Origin: Octopus vulgaris
Lineage: Eukaryota
Length of the DNA stretch: 64,000 nt
Reading direction: 5' to 3'
Assembly (NCBI GenBank): GCA_951406725.2
Contig: OX597832.1
Location: forward strand, 58,156,001-58,220,000
Shown: in pieces, positions 41,521-55,374 of the stretch
Numbering within the stretch: position 1 is the stretch's first letter
Layout: each line of letters starts with the position of its first letter
The notes under the pieces: model-generated
Seen by the model: the letters and a program-made list of their open reading frames with translations, nothing else
Database searches by the model: none
Told to the model about the DNA's origin: nothing
Position numbers and translations under genes: made by a program

Positions 41521-41750
41521 TAGTCTTGAAAGGAGTGAGCAAAGATATAGACAAATGGCTGAAGGAGACTGGAAATGAATGCCCGGGAGAGGTCCTACAG
41601 GAAGTTTGTCTTTTAGGGACAGCAAGGATAGGGTTCTAAGCACTTGAAAGACTAGTGAAAACTTGTGGATACCTAAAGTAACAGGTAATAATCCACTAGC
41701 CATATAAGTTCTACCCGGAATAAGACCGAACCTGGGTCAAACCAAAAATA
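41521..41750 (+). mobile_element. R4/Dong-type LINE extreme 3' end
   Basis: LKGVSKDIDKWL...LQEVCLLGTARI; follows (AAT)n. Confidence 0.7.
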
Positions 41751-41889
41751 ATTGATAAGTTGCAAAGTCGAAAAAGAAGTAGGCTGTTGGTGCAAAAGGA
41801 CTAAATGATGTTACTATAGAGCTGAAGCAGCGCATTCTTGCCAAAAATGCAAAACTAAGTTTGAATAGCAGATTAAACCATATCCATTT

Positions 41890-42122
41890 TTTTTACTACA
41901 CACAAGGGGCTAAACACAGAGGGGACAAACAAGGGCAGACAAAGGGATTAAATCGATTACATCGACCTCAGTGCGTAACTGGTACTTAATTTATCGACCC
42001 CGAAAGGATGAAAGGCAAAGTCGGCCTCGGCAGAATTTGAACTCTGAACGTAACGACAAACGAACTACGGCTACGCATTTCGCCCGGCGTGCTAACGTTT
42101 TTGCCAGCTCTGCCAGCTCGCA
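41890..42122 (-). mobile_element. SINE family A
   Basis: Reverse complement of the long-tail family A consensus. Confidence 0.85.
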
Positions 42123-42317
42123 AATTAAACCATATCGGCGAAGCCGGTAGTTTAGAATGGACCAAAACATATTTTATCAAAAAATTAATGATTTAGCACG
42201 CCAAAGATTAGTTCCTGTTGCAGATGAAAGTCGACAGTTTTGGGGTGAGATATGGAGCTGGTATGAACAACACAATAGTGGAGCCGAATGGTTCTGTAAG
42301 CAGAAACAGACAGCTTC

Positions 42318-42669
42318 TTACATTATTTACATTTGACAGATTTTTGTTCTCATCTTGTTTGCTGTTAACACAACGTTTCGGCTGATATACCCTCCAGCCT
42401 TCATCAGGTGTCATGGGGGAAATTTCGAACCTTGATACTTACCCCAAAGGTATTAACATCAAAAAATACCTAAGATATTAACATCGAAAAATACCTTCGG
42501 AATGAGAACCCAGGTTCGAAATTTCCTCAAGACATCTGAAGAAGGCTGGAGGGTATATCAGCCAAAACATTGTGTTAACAACAAACAAGGTGAGGACAAA
42601 TATCCATCAAATGTAAATAATGTAAATAATGTGCATAATTCCTCATCTCTTAAATATAGAACTATATAA
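42318..42669. mobile_element. Inverted (divergent) pair of hammerhead-bearing repeats
   Basis: Arms at about 42318-42455 (-) and 42478-42665 (+), both matching 53818-53985; candidate TSD acagcttc at 42310 and 42670. Confidence 0.8.
42367..42412 (-). ncRNA. Minimal type I hammerhead-like motif
   Basis: Minus strand: GACAC-CTGATGA-A-GGCTG gagggtatat CAGCC-GAAAC-GTT-GTGTT. Confidence 0.65.
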
Positions 42670-44856
42670 ACAGCTTCGTATCCCCAGCAAAAAGCTATCC
42701 AGTTTACCGAGGACAGTATCAGAAATATGAGCAAAAAGATAAGCAATTGGAAAGCAGCAGGATCTGATGGTGTACAAGGATTTTGGATAAAAAAAATTCA
42801 CTAGGTGCCATAAATTGATTGCAGAGCAATTTAATTTATCGCTCGATGGAGCAGAAGAAAGTTCAGGGATGTTGACCAAAGGATGAACTGTGTTGTGCTG
42901 GAAGGAAGCATCGAAAGAAAATATTGCCGACAATTACTAGCCAATTTCTTGCTTTCCATTAATATGGAAATTACTGCCAGGAGGGAATTCGGAAAAAAAT
43001 GTTCAAATTTCTTGATGATAACGATATTTAACCAATAGAGTAAAAAATGTTGTAGGAGGGAATAAGTACGAAAGACCAATTATTGATAGACAAAATGGTA
43101 ACGCAAGCTTATAAGCGAAGGAGGGCAAATTTGGGAATAGCCTGGGTGGATTACCGTAAAGCTTACAATATGATTCCATATTTGTGGATCATTGAGTGTT
43201 TAAATATGTTTGGAATTGCAAAGAGTGTAACATATTTTCGAAGAGAGGTATGGGGGGTTGGAAAACTGAGCTGACATCGTACGGACAAGGCTTGGGCTCT
43301 ATGGGCATCAAAAGATGGATTTTCCAAGGAGATTGCTTATCTCTGTTACTTTTTGTACTTTGCACAATCTCTTTGGACTTGGTGTTGATGGAAATGAACG
43401 TGGGGTATCTTCGTAGATGATTTTAAGCTGTATGGTAAGGGTGAGGTACAAGTGGGTTCCTGGATAAAAACACTCCGCTGTTAAGATGGAATTCGGACTC
43501 AAGAAGTGTAGGATAATGGGCGTGAAAAATCAGTATTTAATAAAATGAAACTGGCGAATATGTGAAGAAACCGTGACCTAGAGTCATCCGAGAAACTCAA
43601 CAGATTAAGGGTTCCCCTTATCAAAAAAAAAAAAAAAAAAAGAAAGGGTCCTTATCCCGCAGAAAGATAATCACTAACATTGGTATAGTTCAATCAGCTT
43701 GAGAATAGCGATACAGTTGATTTAATCTCCTCTAGTAATTGAAAGATATTTTATCGACCCTGATTGGATTAAAAACAAAATTGACCCCTATTGTTCTTAG
43801 ACCACGAAAAGATGTCCCTAAATGCCTTAAATCATTTCCCCGGCGCTGATTTGATTCAACCACAGTTAACCTGTTTTTCTTTTATATTTGTGTCAGAACT
43901 CTACCACATTTTATGCAGGATATCTATATTCTATATAAAACGTTCTTCATATTTTGTTGAGTTGAAGTCAATCGTGCTCAAACAATCATTGTGGTGACTT
44001 GGTGCACAAAACACAAGTGTCACTCTGCCAATAAAAAGAATTACGCTCACTTTTGCATTACTTTCGGTCCAAACCTAGTATATAACTTAAAACTTAAGAA
44101 ATTCCGTGAAAATATGGAATGCCTTGAAAATGTTTTACAAGTGATTTTGTTGTACAAAATATAAATAATATTTTATAATAAATAAGGCAAACCATATAAT
44201 ACTTTAGTAAGTTTTCTAAATGTTTAACTTTAAAAATAGCTTCTTTTTTGAAAATTTTTATATGTAATCCGTCAGAAATTTTCTATTCCATTTCACTTGT
44301 ATCTTGAAGTAAAAAAAAAAAATGTTAAGAATCGCTGGTTTCAGTTCTTCAATTCTTCCACCTTCCAGTTTATTATATGTTAAAGCTGTATTTTACAGCT
44401 GGGACACCTGGTGTATTTATACCTGTTATTTTATTTCTGGTATTGAGTTCGGTTATTAAGATTAGTCTGACAATTGGATAACAACCAGTTTCGGCTGTAA
44501 ATTCTACACAGCCTTTTACAGGAGTCAATTTTCCGTTTTTTTTTCAAACCTCGTTCTTCTCAATAATAATATATCGATTGGAAGGGATGTTTTTGGAACT
44601 GATCACTGTAGGAAAGAAAGCAAGAATCATAAAAAAAACAAACCGAAACATAAACCCAACAACATTAGATGATGTTTATTTTCTTTAAACGCTGAAGGAA
44701 TTTTCACTATACTACATGTAGGAATTGTTTTGTAGTCAAAATCAATGGCTTGTTACAACAAAAATAAAAAAAGCCACATTGACAAAACATCAACGATGAC
44801 GACGACATCAACAGCATCAACATTACAATAACAACAACAACAACGGCAGCAACAGC

Positions 44857-44899
<43 letters not shown>

Positions 44900-45011
44900 T
44901 AATAATAATGATAATAATAACAACAATGTTGATAATAATAATAATAATAATAATAGTAATAGTAATAATAATAATAATAACAATAATATAATAATAATAA
45001 TAACAATAATA

Positions 45012-45093
<82 letters not shown>

Positions 45094-45098
45094 GTAAC

Positions 45099-45129
<31 letters not shown>

Positions 45130-45206
45130 GTAACAATAATAATAATAATAATAATAATGATAATAATAATAATAAAAATAATAATAACAATAACAATACA
45201 ATAATG

Positions 45207-45291
<85 letters not shown>

Positions 45292-45345
45292 TAATAGTAA
45301 CAATAATAATAATAATAATAATGATAATAATAGTAATAATAATAA
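44857..45345. repeat. (AAT)n array
   Basis: Directly visible. Confidence 0.95.
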
Positions 45346-45871
45346 TATGAACGTCAGTCATGATAACATCGATAACCATTTAATAAGAACGGTCTGGTGG
45401 CTGGGAATTCTTGCACGGTTCACTGAGTCGTTTTTCCTTAACCGTTAAACTTTTCTGTATAGTTTAGAAACATTTTCCCCTACATTGAACAGACGCGCAG
45501 AATAACGCACACATAGGCGCACGGGCGCGTACATACACACGTACACATACACATACACATAGACATATACATTCACAAACGCAAACACATGCACACTGAC
45601 ATAAACACACATCTACATAGATATTTAATACGGATACACATGTATATACGGGGCTGATGCGTCTACATTCTTACATATACACAAATATACATGCATACAC
45701 CCGCACACACACACACACACACACAGACACACACATACAACACACACATATATATATGTACACACACACACACGTTTATGGAGATTGCTGTGTTTGCACA
45801 TATAGGTTATTATAAAAATGGAACGAAGAGCGCGCGCGCACACACTACATACATAGTTACATAAGGATATG

Positions 45872-46850
<979 letters not shown>

Positions 46851-46905
46851 ATAGATGCATGTACACACGCATACGTACGCTGACTTCTCCTCCTCCTCCC
46901 TTTCA

Positions 46906-46967
<62 letters not shown>

Positions 46968-46974
46968 TTTTTTC

Positions 46975-47442
46975 CATAAACAGCGCTGCAGTTTCACAAG
47001 CCAGCCACGTCAGTTCCTAAATGGCTCTAAGTTATTGCAAAACTCCAGCAAGCTGTTATTGATGGCTGTCAACACACGACTAGGGGGGGTGCCAATTTGG
47101 CTAACTTCCGGTATTGGCCTCGACTATTACTTGTGATCTAGCCTCCATCGGAGGTCTGATTAATGACGGGGCGGATCGGCTGTCATTGGAAGGTTTAGGG
47201 AAATAAGGCCTTTGTTAGCCTTACTGCCGTCAGGTGACTATTTTCACTTGCCAGACGGGACCCTGACCGCATTAACTTATTAATGGTCCGTTTAACTCTA
47301 TGTCGATTTGGTTTGGTTTCAAGATGGATGGTCGGCCCACCAACCGTCAGGAAAAATACGTTTGTTGTTGTGTCTTCCAGTGTAACAAGGCGAAGACTAC
47401 GTCAACATGCAATCAGTTGAATCGGTCGGGGGGCTCCTATCG
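46975..47442. promoter_or_regulatory. Candidate enhancer / conserved non-coding island
   Basis: Unique, higher-GC island with TGATTAAT (47157), CTGTCA (47066, 47180), AGATGGATGG (47322), ACTTCCGG (47104), CCTTTGTT (47209) and GCCACGTCA (47004). Motif evidence only. Confidence 0.5.
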
Positions 47443-47633
47443 TTTATTATTATTATTATTATTATTATTATTGGTTATATTTTGTTCTTTATAACAATTG
47501 GTCCAAACGCCATCGAATAACGATGTTTGAGAATAAAGAGCAAGTGGAAAGTGTAGGAGAAGAAGGAGCAAAGCAAAGACAATTATACATACATACGTCT
47601 ATATGTATGTACGTATGTATGTCTGTATGTATG

Positions 47634-47664
<31 letters not shown>

Positions 47665-47732
47665 GTATGTATGTATGTACGTATATATGTATGTATGTAT
47701 GTACATATATATGTATGTATGTATGAATGTAA

Positions 47733-47763
<31 letters not shown>

Positions 47764-48297
47764 TATACACACACACAAAGTTAAATATATATATAAATAT
47801 ATACATATAGATATTTATATATATATATATTTGTATATATACATATATATACAGATATACATATCTATATGTATATATATTACGTATATATATTATATAC
47901 ATAAACACACACACACACACACACATATATATGATGGTGGTGGGAAACAGCTAGGGAAAGGTTCGGATAATGACAAAGGGAAGTATGTGCTGTGTGTGTG
48001 TGTGTGTATGTGTGTGTGTGTGTGTGCGACCGCATGTGGTGAAAGTGGGGAGTGAGAGGGTGAGTAGCAAGTGTACTGCTTAAAAAAGGAAGAAAGGCAG
48101 AAAGAAAGGACAGACAGACAGACAGAAAGGAGGAAAGAAAGAAGAAGAGTAAAGAGGTGGATGGGAATTAGATAAAGAAACAAAAGGAGGAATTGCGAGC
48201 TCGAACAAAACAAAGGAAACAGAAGACGAAAGAACCGGCCGAGGAGACTGAATACCGCAGCAAATAGGAGGACAATGCCACATAATAGGCGACAATC

Positions 48298-49045
<748 letters not shown>

Positions 49046-49819
49046 AAGCAATAACGGCAGCCCATAATTTTAACATTAACGGAACTGTTTCTCTAACAAT
49101 AGGGTAACTTTCTTGGAACGGTTCCCCGACCCCCGTCCCCCTCTCCCCACTCCCACCCCCACCCCCGTCTCTCTTATATTTCTGAAAGCATTTCGTCCAT
49201 TTACATTCATCAAACTCAATCAAAAAGCTATCTTGACAGGAAACTCTTCTAATGAGTTTCATATTAGCCAACGCCACATAACACACCGCACACACACACC
49301 GCACACACACACACACACACACACACACGCATACACACACACACATAAACACACACACATTTCTTTATGTGGATATCAAGAGTTAAAGGAAATCGGACTC
49401 AGCCTCGTTTTCAAAATGGATTCATCGGACATGATGATATTGTGCAATGGCTTGCACAGCCTCCTGTCCTGCCGCATGCATTGCTAGAAATAGCAGCAAA
49501 ATCACTTTCGTACTGCACTCTAAAATCGTTTTTGTTATGAGCACAAGACCTGAAATTTTGAGGAGACGGGGCTGTTCGATTACATTGACGCCAGACCCTA
49601 ACTGGTACTTATTTTTATCGACCCCCAAAAAGAAGAAATGTACAGTTGACGTCAGTAGAATTTGAACTCAGATCGTAACGCTGGGAGATATGTCATCAAA
49701 TATCTTACCGCCTTAATGTAATAACAGTATTGGTTTCAAAGTGACCTCGGCGAAATTTGAACTCAACGAGTAGCGACTGGTGTGCCCGGTGTGCTAACGA
49801 TTCTGCCAGCTCGCCGCCT

Positions 49820-50395
49820 AAACAGATTCTCAATATAGGTTATGTAAATTAAAAGAGGAAAGCTTTATTGATATAGAAAGTGAATGTAGCATGTTAGCAC
49901 AGAAAGAATACAAGAAGAGGCATGTCAACCTAGGGAGATTAATCCAAAGAAAATGAACCTAATAAAGTACTAGAAAGTAAGAACTACAAGATGTTGTGGG
50001 GCTTTGACTTCAGTCTGAGTAATAGAAGCTAGAAGGCTTGATTTAGTAGTAGTAGATAAAGAGAATAGAAAGTGCCACGTAACTAACTTTACAGTTCCAA
50101 ATGATGAGAAAGTCCATAGGAGAGATATGGAGAAAATAGCAGAGCACCAATACCTAACCATTGAGTTACAGAAGCTATGGAAAATGCGAGTGCTTATAGG
50201 GGCATTAGGACCTATACCTAAAGATTTGAACAGATGGATAGAAGAAATTGGTATAAAACTCAGTTTAGTACAGCTCCAGAAAACAGTGTTATTAGGGACA
50301 TTTAGGAAACTTAGGAGGGTTCTTGGCATCTAAGGTTACTTGTGGCTCGATGTTAGGAATTGTTTCCAACAGTTTAATCTCTTGTGCGTAAAAGA
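49820..50395 (+). mobile_element. R4/Dong-type LINE 3' fragment
   Basis: ECSMLAQKEYKKRH...LWGFD...IELQKLW...IGALG...LQKTVLLGT.R.LRRVLGI*. Confidence 0.8.
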
Positions 50396-50398
50396 AAT

Positions 50399-50740
50399 AA
50401 TAACAAGGGCACTCAGAGAGTGCAAACCTCCGCCAAGGCAACACCAACAGAGACGATTTTTAAAATGAGAATATCTGAAATAAACTCGACTGATCCCACA
50501 AACGAGAATACTAAAAATGAACCCGACTGCTCTCAAAAATTAAGTGAACAAATAGGAAACATAATCCAGAATATTTGTCCTGTAGCGGAGTGATACCGAA
50601 ATCTAGTTCGTGCCAGTCATGAGGCCAAACTTCACTGAAAGTTTCATCCGAATCCAGCCAGCGGTTCTTGAGATATTTGGAGAAACAAACAAACTCGACT
50701 GAAAACAATACCTCTGCCTTTGCTAAGGCGGAGGTAATAA
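50399..50740 (-). mobile_element. Helentron-associated non-autonomous element (HINE/DINE-1-like)
   Basis: Minus strand begins ttattacctccgcc-ttagcaaa-ggcagaggta (subterminal IR/hairpin), then (gttt)n, and ends ggcggaggtt-tgcactctctgagtgc (second IR plus 3' stem-loop) in TT context. Confidence 0.65.
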
Positions 50741-51230
50741 CGATGATTTCATTTATTTGCCACAAGGGCGTACACTCTAACATGAAGTCAGATATACTGG
50801 ACACTGCAGTGTGAGATATATGGTCAGACAGTTAAGGCAAGGTTGGAACGCTGGTGAACTGAAGTCTACTCGATCAGGGCTGAGTTAACTTTAAGCAACA
50901 ACGACAGATATAATTACTCATGTGCCAAGCTAATAAAGATAATTATTTACTTTCTTCAAAAATAAAACGCTGTGTGGGGGGAATTTTGTTTCTTTAATGT
51001 CGTTGAGTTAAATTGACACTTTGGTCAACAGGGTCAAAAACTTTTGCCAAACAAAGCCAAAAACAGTGCCATTTCAATGCCAATTTCCAATTAAATCGAA
51101 TCACACGTAAACACCGGTTGTGATGCCAAAGAACTTTTGCGAAGTGATAAACGAAAAGCGACAATAATACACTACGATTCAACGCACTCGATATAGTTTG
51201 ATCTTTACTCACATCTCAAAAACGATTAGC

Positions 51231-51282
<52 letters not shown>

Positions 51283-51296
51283 ATTATTATTATATG

Positions 51297-51487
51297 AAGG
51301 CGGCGAGCTAGCAGAATCATAACGCATTTCGTCCGTCTTTACGTTCTGAGTTCAAATCCTACCGAGGTAGTTTTTGCCTCTCATCTTTCTCGAGGTCGAT
51401 AAATTAAGTACCAGTTGCATACTGAGGTCGTTCTAATCGACTGGGTGCCTCCCCAAAATTTCAGGCCTTGTGCTTACAGTAGAAACG

Positions 51488-51490
<3 letters not shown>
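51297..51490 (+). mobile_element. SINE family A (short tail) within (TTA)n
   Basis: Matches family A. Confidence 0.75.
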
Positions 51491-51540
<50 letters not shown>

Positions 51541-51550
51541 CATCATCATT

Positions 51551-51715
51551 GCCTTTGCACAGCTTCTAAAGCTGGAGATGTATTACAGTGTCAGCTGTTC
51601 ACTACCAGTGAACTAAGATAGCACCTCTAATTTTTCGAGCACCATCCGGAGTATTCGAGCGGTTCTAAGCAGTGCTGTTTTCTGCAAGTGCTCCACCCTT
51701 ATTACAGCCCCTATT
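51551..51715 (-). mobile_element. R4/Dong-type LINE extreme 3' end
   Basis: Minus strand RVEHLQKTALLRTARILRMVLEN*, between triplet arrays. Confidence 0.7.
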
Positions 51716-51735
51716 TGTTGTTCTTGTTCTTGTTC

Positions 51736-51785
<50 letters not shown>

Positions 51786-51837
51786 CTTCTTCTTCTTCTT
51801 CTTCTTCTTCTTGTTCTTCTTATTCTTCTTCTTCTTC

Positions 51838-51896
<59 letters not shown>

Positions 51897-51897
51897 T

Positions 51898-52120
51898 AGG
51901 TAGCGAGCTGGCTGAATCGTTAGCACGCCGGACAAAACGCTTAGCGACATTTCTCTTAGCTTTACGTTCTCAGTTCAAATTAAGAAGTCGAAACCGATTT
52001 TACCTTTCACCCTTTCGTGGGCGATAAATTAAGTACCAGTTAAAAACTGGGGTCGATGTAATCGAATTACCTCATCCCACGATATTGCTGGTCGTGTGTC
52101 TAAGTTTGAAGCCATTACCA
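51898..52120 (+). mobile_element. SINE family A, diverged
   Basis: Matches family A head and central domain. Confidence 0.7.
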
Positions 52121-52362
52121 TTAGAAGTATTTCTGCAGTCTCTTTATATGCTGAGCTCAAATCCCGCCCAAGTCCCGTTTGCTTTTGGTCCCTCCAGGGT
52201 GGGTAAAATAAATCCCTTCGGGGCGGGTAAAATAAAGTGCAAATCATGAACTCGAGCCGATGTCATCGATTTCTCCGTTTCTCCCAATTTTTCTAGCCTT
52301 CTGCCTGTATTTGAAAACACTTTTAATGTTAGTTAAACTCAGAAGTCGCTGTGTGTTAAGTT

Positions 52363-52535
52363 AGGCGCAGGAATGGCTGGGTGGTAAGTAGCTTACTTAC
52401 AAACCACATGGTTCCGGGTTCATTCCAATCCGTGGCACCTTGGGCAAATGTCTTCTACTATAGCCTCGGGCCGACCAAAGCCTTGTGAGTGGATTTAGTA
52501 AACGGAAACTGAAAGAAGCCCGTTGTATGTATGTA

Positions 52536-52575
<40 letters not shown>

Positions 52576-52690
52576 CATGTATGTGTGTGTATATGTTTCT
52601 GTGTCTGTGTTTGTGTCCCCAACATCGCTTGACAACCGATGGTGGTGTTTAAGTCTCCGTAACATAGCGGTTCGACAAAAGAAACCGATA
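52363..52690 (+). mobile_element. SINE family B, 3'-truncated
   Basis: Matches 15043-15423. Confidence 0.8.
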
Positions 52691-53693
52691 ATATCTATTA
52701 GCAGTTAAACTGAGCCAGCTAAAATTTATGTCATGTAATGTAAAATAACGAAATATTTGCAGCAGAAAGCGAACTGTGCATCTTTCGGTCAGTGATTCAG
52801 TATCCTAGCAATATGATTAGATATAACTTTCTTTGCCAATAATATAATACGAGATATTTTGAACAACTTAATATGATATTCTCCACATCACCCTTTCGTA
52901 CTCTATCCAAATTTGGTTTCTATTTATAATTATGGATTTGTTATAGATCCAGAGAACAAAACAATTTTGGTAAGAATCCAAATATCGATCGGTTAACTTC
53001 ATTTTCCTGCAACAATACCAAATTTATTTGGAGATGGAGAAGTTTTGGATGTGAATTAATCGAAGTGTAGGTCGTCTGGTTTTGTATGTAACGAAAACGA
53101 GGTTTGGGTGGGATTTATTTAATTTCATTTTGTTTAGAGAGAAGAGATACATGATAGACGGACTAAAATTGGTTTATATCATGTCTGTCTCTATAGATTA
53201 AAGCATCAAATTTCTTTACTAAGAGTGCAAAGCTACAAATTGAAGTTAGGAGTGAAGATGAACTTACAATTGATGAGATGGTCTGATATATTTAGTAGAA
53301 ATCCATCATATAAATTATTGAAAAACTGACGAACTTGGAGACTGTTGTTTAATACAGGAGTTTAATGATAATTCAACGTAATTAAAAATTCTGACAAAAT
53401 ATCTGACTACAGACAGACATGTATTTATATTTGGAGGGCGGGGTATTCGTGTATTCGTTATCAAACTGAAATGCTTCGGTAGCAGTTTAACCCCTGGTCT
53501 TCCTCAAATTTGCCACAAGTCATTCTCCTGAAAATCATAGGTCAACACATCTCCATCTCTTTCTTTCTCTTGTTACTAACCTCATCACACACGCATCACG
53601 ACATAAATTAGTCTTTTATTTTCTCCCTAACATTAACAAGACAAACCTCTTCGATTGTCTCATCGAACTCATAATAGTTTCAATAACTTGATC

Positions 53694-53985
53694 TTAACCA
53701 CTACGCCATATGCCCGTGGGCATATGGCGTAGTGTTTAAGAACGCAGGTTACTAACCCCAAGATTCCGAGTTCGATTCCAAGCAGTGACCTGAAAAACAA
53801 CAACAACAACAATAATAACAACATCGAAAAATACCTTAGGAATGAGAACCCAGGTTCGAAATTTCCTCAAGACACCTGATGAAGGCTGGAGGGTATATCA
53901 GCCGAAACGTTGGTAACAACAAACAAGATGAGGACATAATGTAAATAATGTACATAATTCCTCATCTCTTAAGTGTAGAACTGTA
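53694..53985 (+). mobile_element. tRNA-headed short retroelement with hammerhead-like tail and inverted 5' duplication
   Basis: A-box tggcgtagtgt (53725), B-box gagttcgattcc (53768), (aac/aat)n linker, CTGATGA..GGCTG/CAGCC..GAAACGTT (53876-53911); 23-nt inverted copy of the head at 53693-53715; candidate TSD ttgatc at 53688 and 53986. Confidence 0.75.
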
Positions 53986-54367
53986 TTGATCAGCTTTTCT
54001 ACCACTCGCAACTCACGTTTCCACCACACACACACACACACACACATACACACACACACATATTAAACAAAAAGAGATAAGAAAACTAAGGCTGTGAGGG
54101 GTCTTCAGGACATTTATAAGGAAAGAGATATAGATATAGTCGTACATCTGTTTCTGGGATATCATGGACATCCCTTAATCAGAGACGATATGAGATGGTT
54201 AAATAGAGGTAAATGTTTGAGTTCGAAATAAAGAATTATTGTGGAAAAGGAGGAAATAGGAAATATCGAAGGAGATAAGAGAATGAAAGTGGAAGGAAAA
54301 TATAAAACATAGTAGCACTTACTTAGCGTTACCTGCCACTCTTTGGGTCTTCTAGATACAAATGCCT

Positions 54368-54458
<91 letters not shown>

Positions 54459-54518
54459 AATCGCTATAAGCTTTAAGATTTAAAACAATACCATTATTAT
54501 TATTTTACAGAATTGTAA

Positions 54519-54913
54519 GGCGGCGAGCTGGCAGAAACGTTAGCACGCCGGGCGAAATGCTTTGTGGTATTTAGTCCGCCGCTGCGTTCTGAGTTCAAAT
54601 TCCGCCGAGGTCGACTTTGCCTTTCATCCATTCAGGGTTGATTAAATAAGTACCAGTTGAGCACTGGGGTCGATATAATCGACTTAATCCGTTTGTCTAT
54701 CCTTGTTTGTCCTCTCTGTGTTTAGCCTCTTGTGGGTAGTAAAGAAATAGGTATTTCGTCTGTCTTTACGTTCTCAAATTCCGCCTAGGTCGACTTTGCC
54801 TTTCATCATTTCGGGGTCGATAAATTAAGTGCCAGTTGCGTAATGGGATGGATGTAATCGACAGGCCCCCTCCCTCAGAATTTCGGATCTTGTACCTAGA
54901 GTAGAAACGATTG
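54519..54913 (+). mobile_element. Family A SINE dimer with 15-nt TSD
   Basis: TSD tttacagaattgtaa at 54504-54518 and 54914-54928 encloses both units. Confidence 0.85.
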
Positions 54914-55072
54914 TTTACAGAATTGTAAACCTCGACACTGCTTAACAAAACCATAGGCATGCATGCATGTATCAATGGATGAACAGAAAGAACACAAGAA
55001 GTAGAGCGAATGGAAAACTAGACGAAAAACTTACCGGACGGAAAATTTAGACAAAGACACGATATATATATG

Positions 55073-55157
<85 letters not shown>

Positions 55158-55374
55158 TGTCAACAGTAGTGGTAGAGGCGTTGATAGTAGTAGTAATGTT
55201 TATAGATGTGTTAATATATATATATATATATATATATATACGATATTTGGATAGATGAATCGGTGTACGTATGTATGTATGAATGTGTGTGTGTCTGTAT
55301 ATATATATATATATATAGTGAGAGAGAGAAAGAGAGAAAGAGAGTGTATGTGTGTGTTTGAATGTATATAGAGC

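Larger units (their letters stand above)
41755..43560 (+). mobile_element. Degenerate R4-type RT region, interrupted by a SINE and a hammerhead element
   Basis: NWKAAGSDGVQGFWIKKF, WVDYRKAYNMIP, IFQGDCLS, DDFKLY and MEFGLKKC motifs in order, with stops and frameshifts. Confidence 0.8.

Noticed and set aside
41644-41666. miR-7-like sequence ttgaaagactagtgaaaacttg
   Set aside because: Seed mismatch, no hairpin, and it lies in a LINE 3' UTR.
47365-47442. Splice-acceptor-like tcttccag followed by a short open frame
   Set aside because: No convincing donor or recognisable peptide; an exon cannot be supported without RNA data.
53718-53792. Functional tRNA gene (also considered for the heads of SINE families A-C)
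   Set aside because: A and B boxes are present, but the acceptor stem and cloverleaf are incomplete and each head continues into a repeat body.
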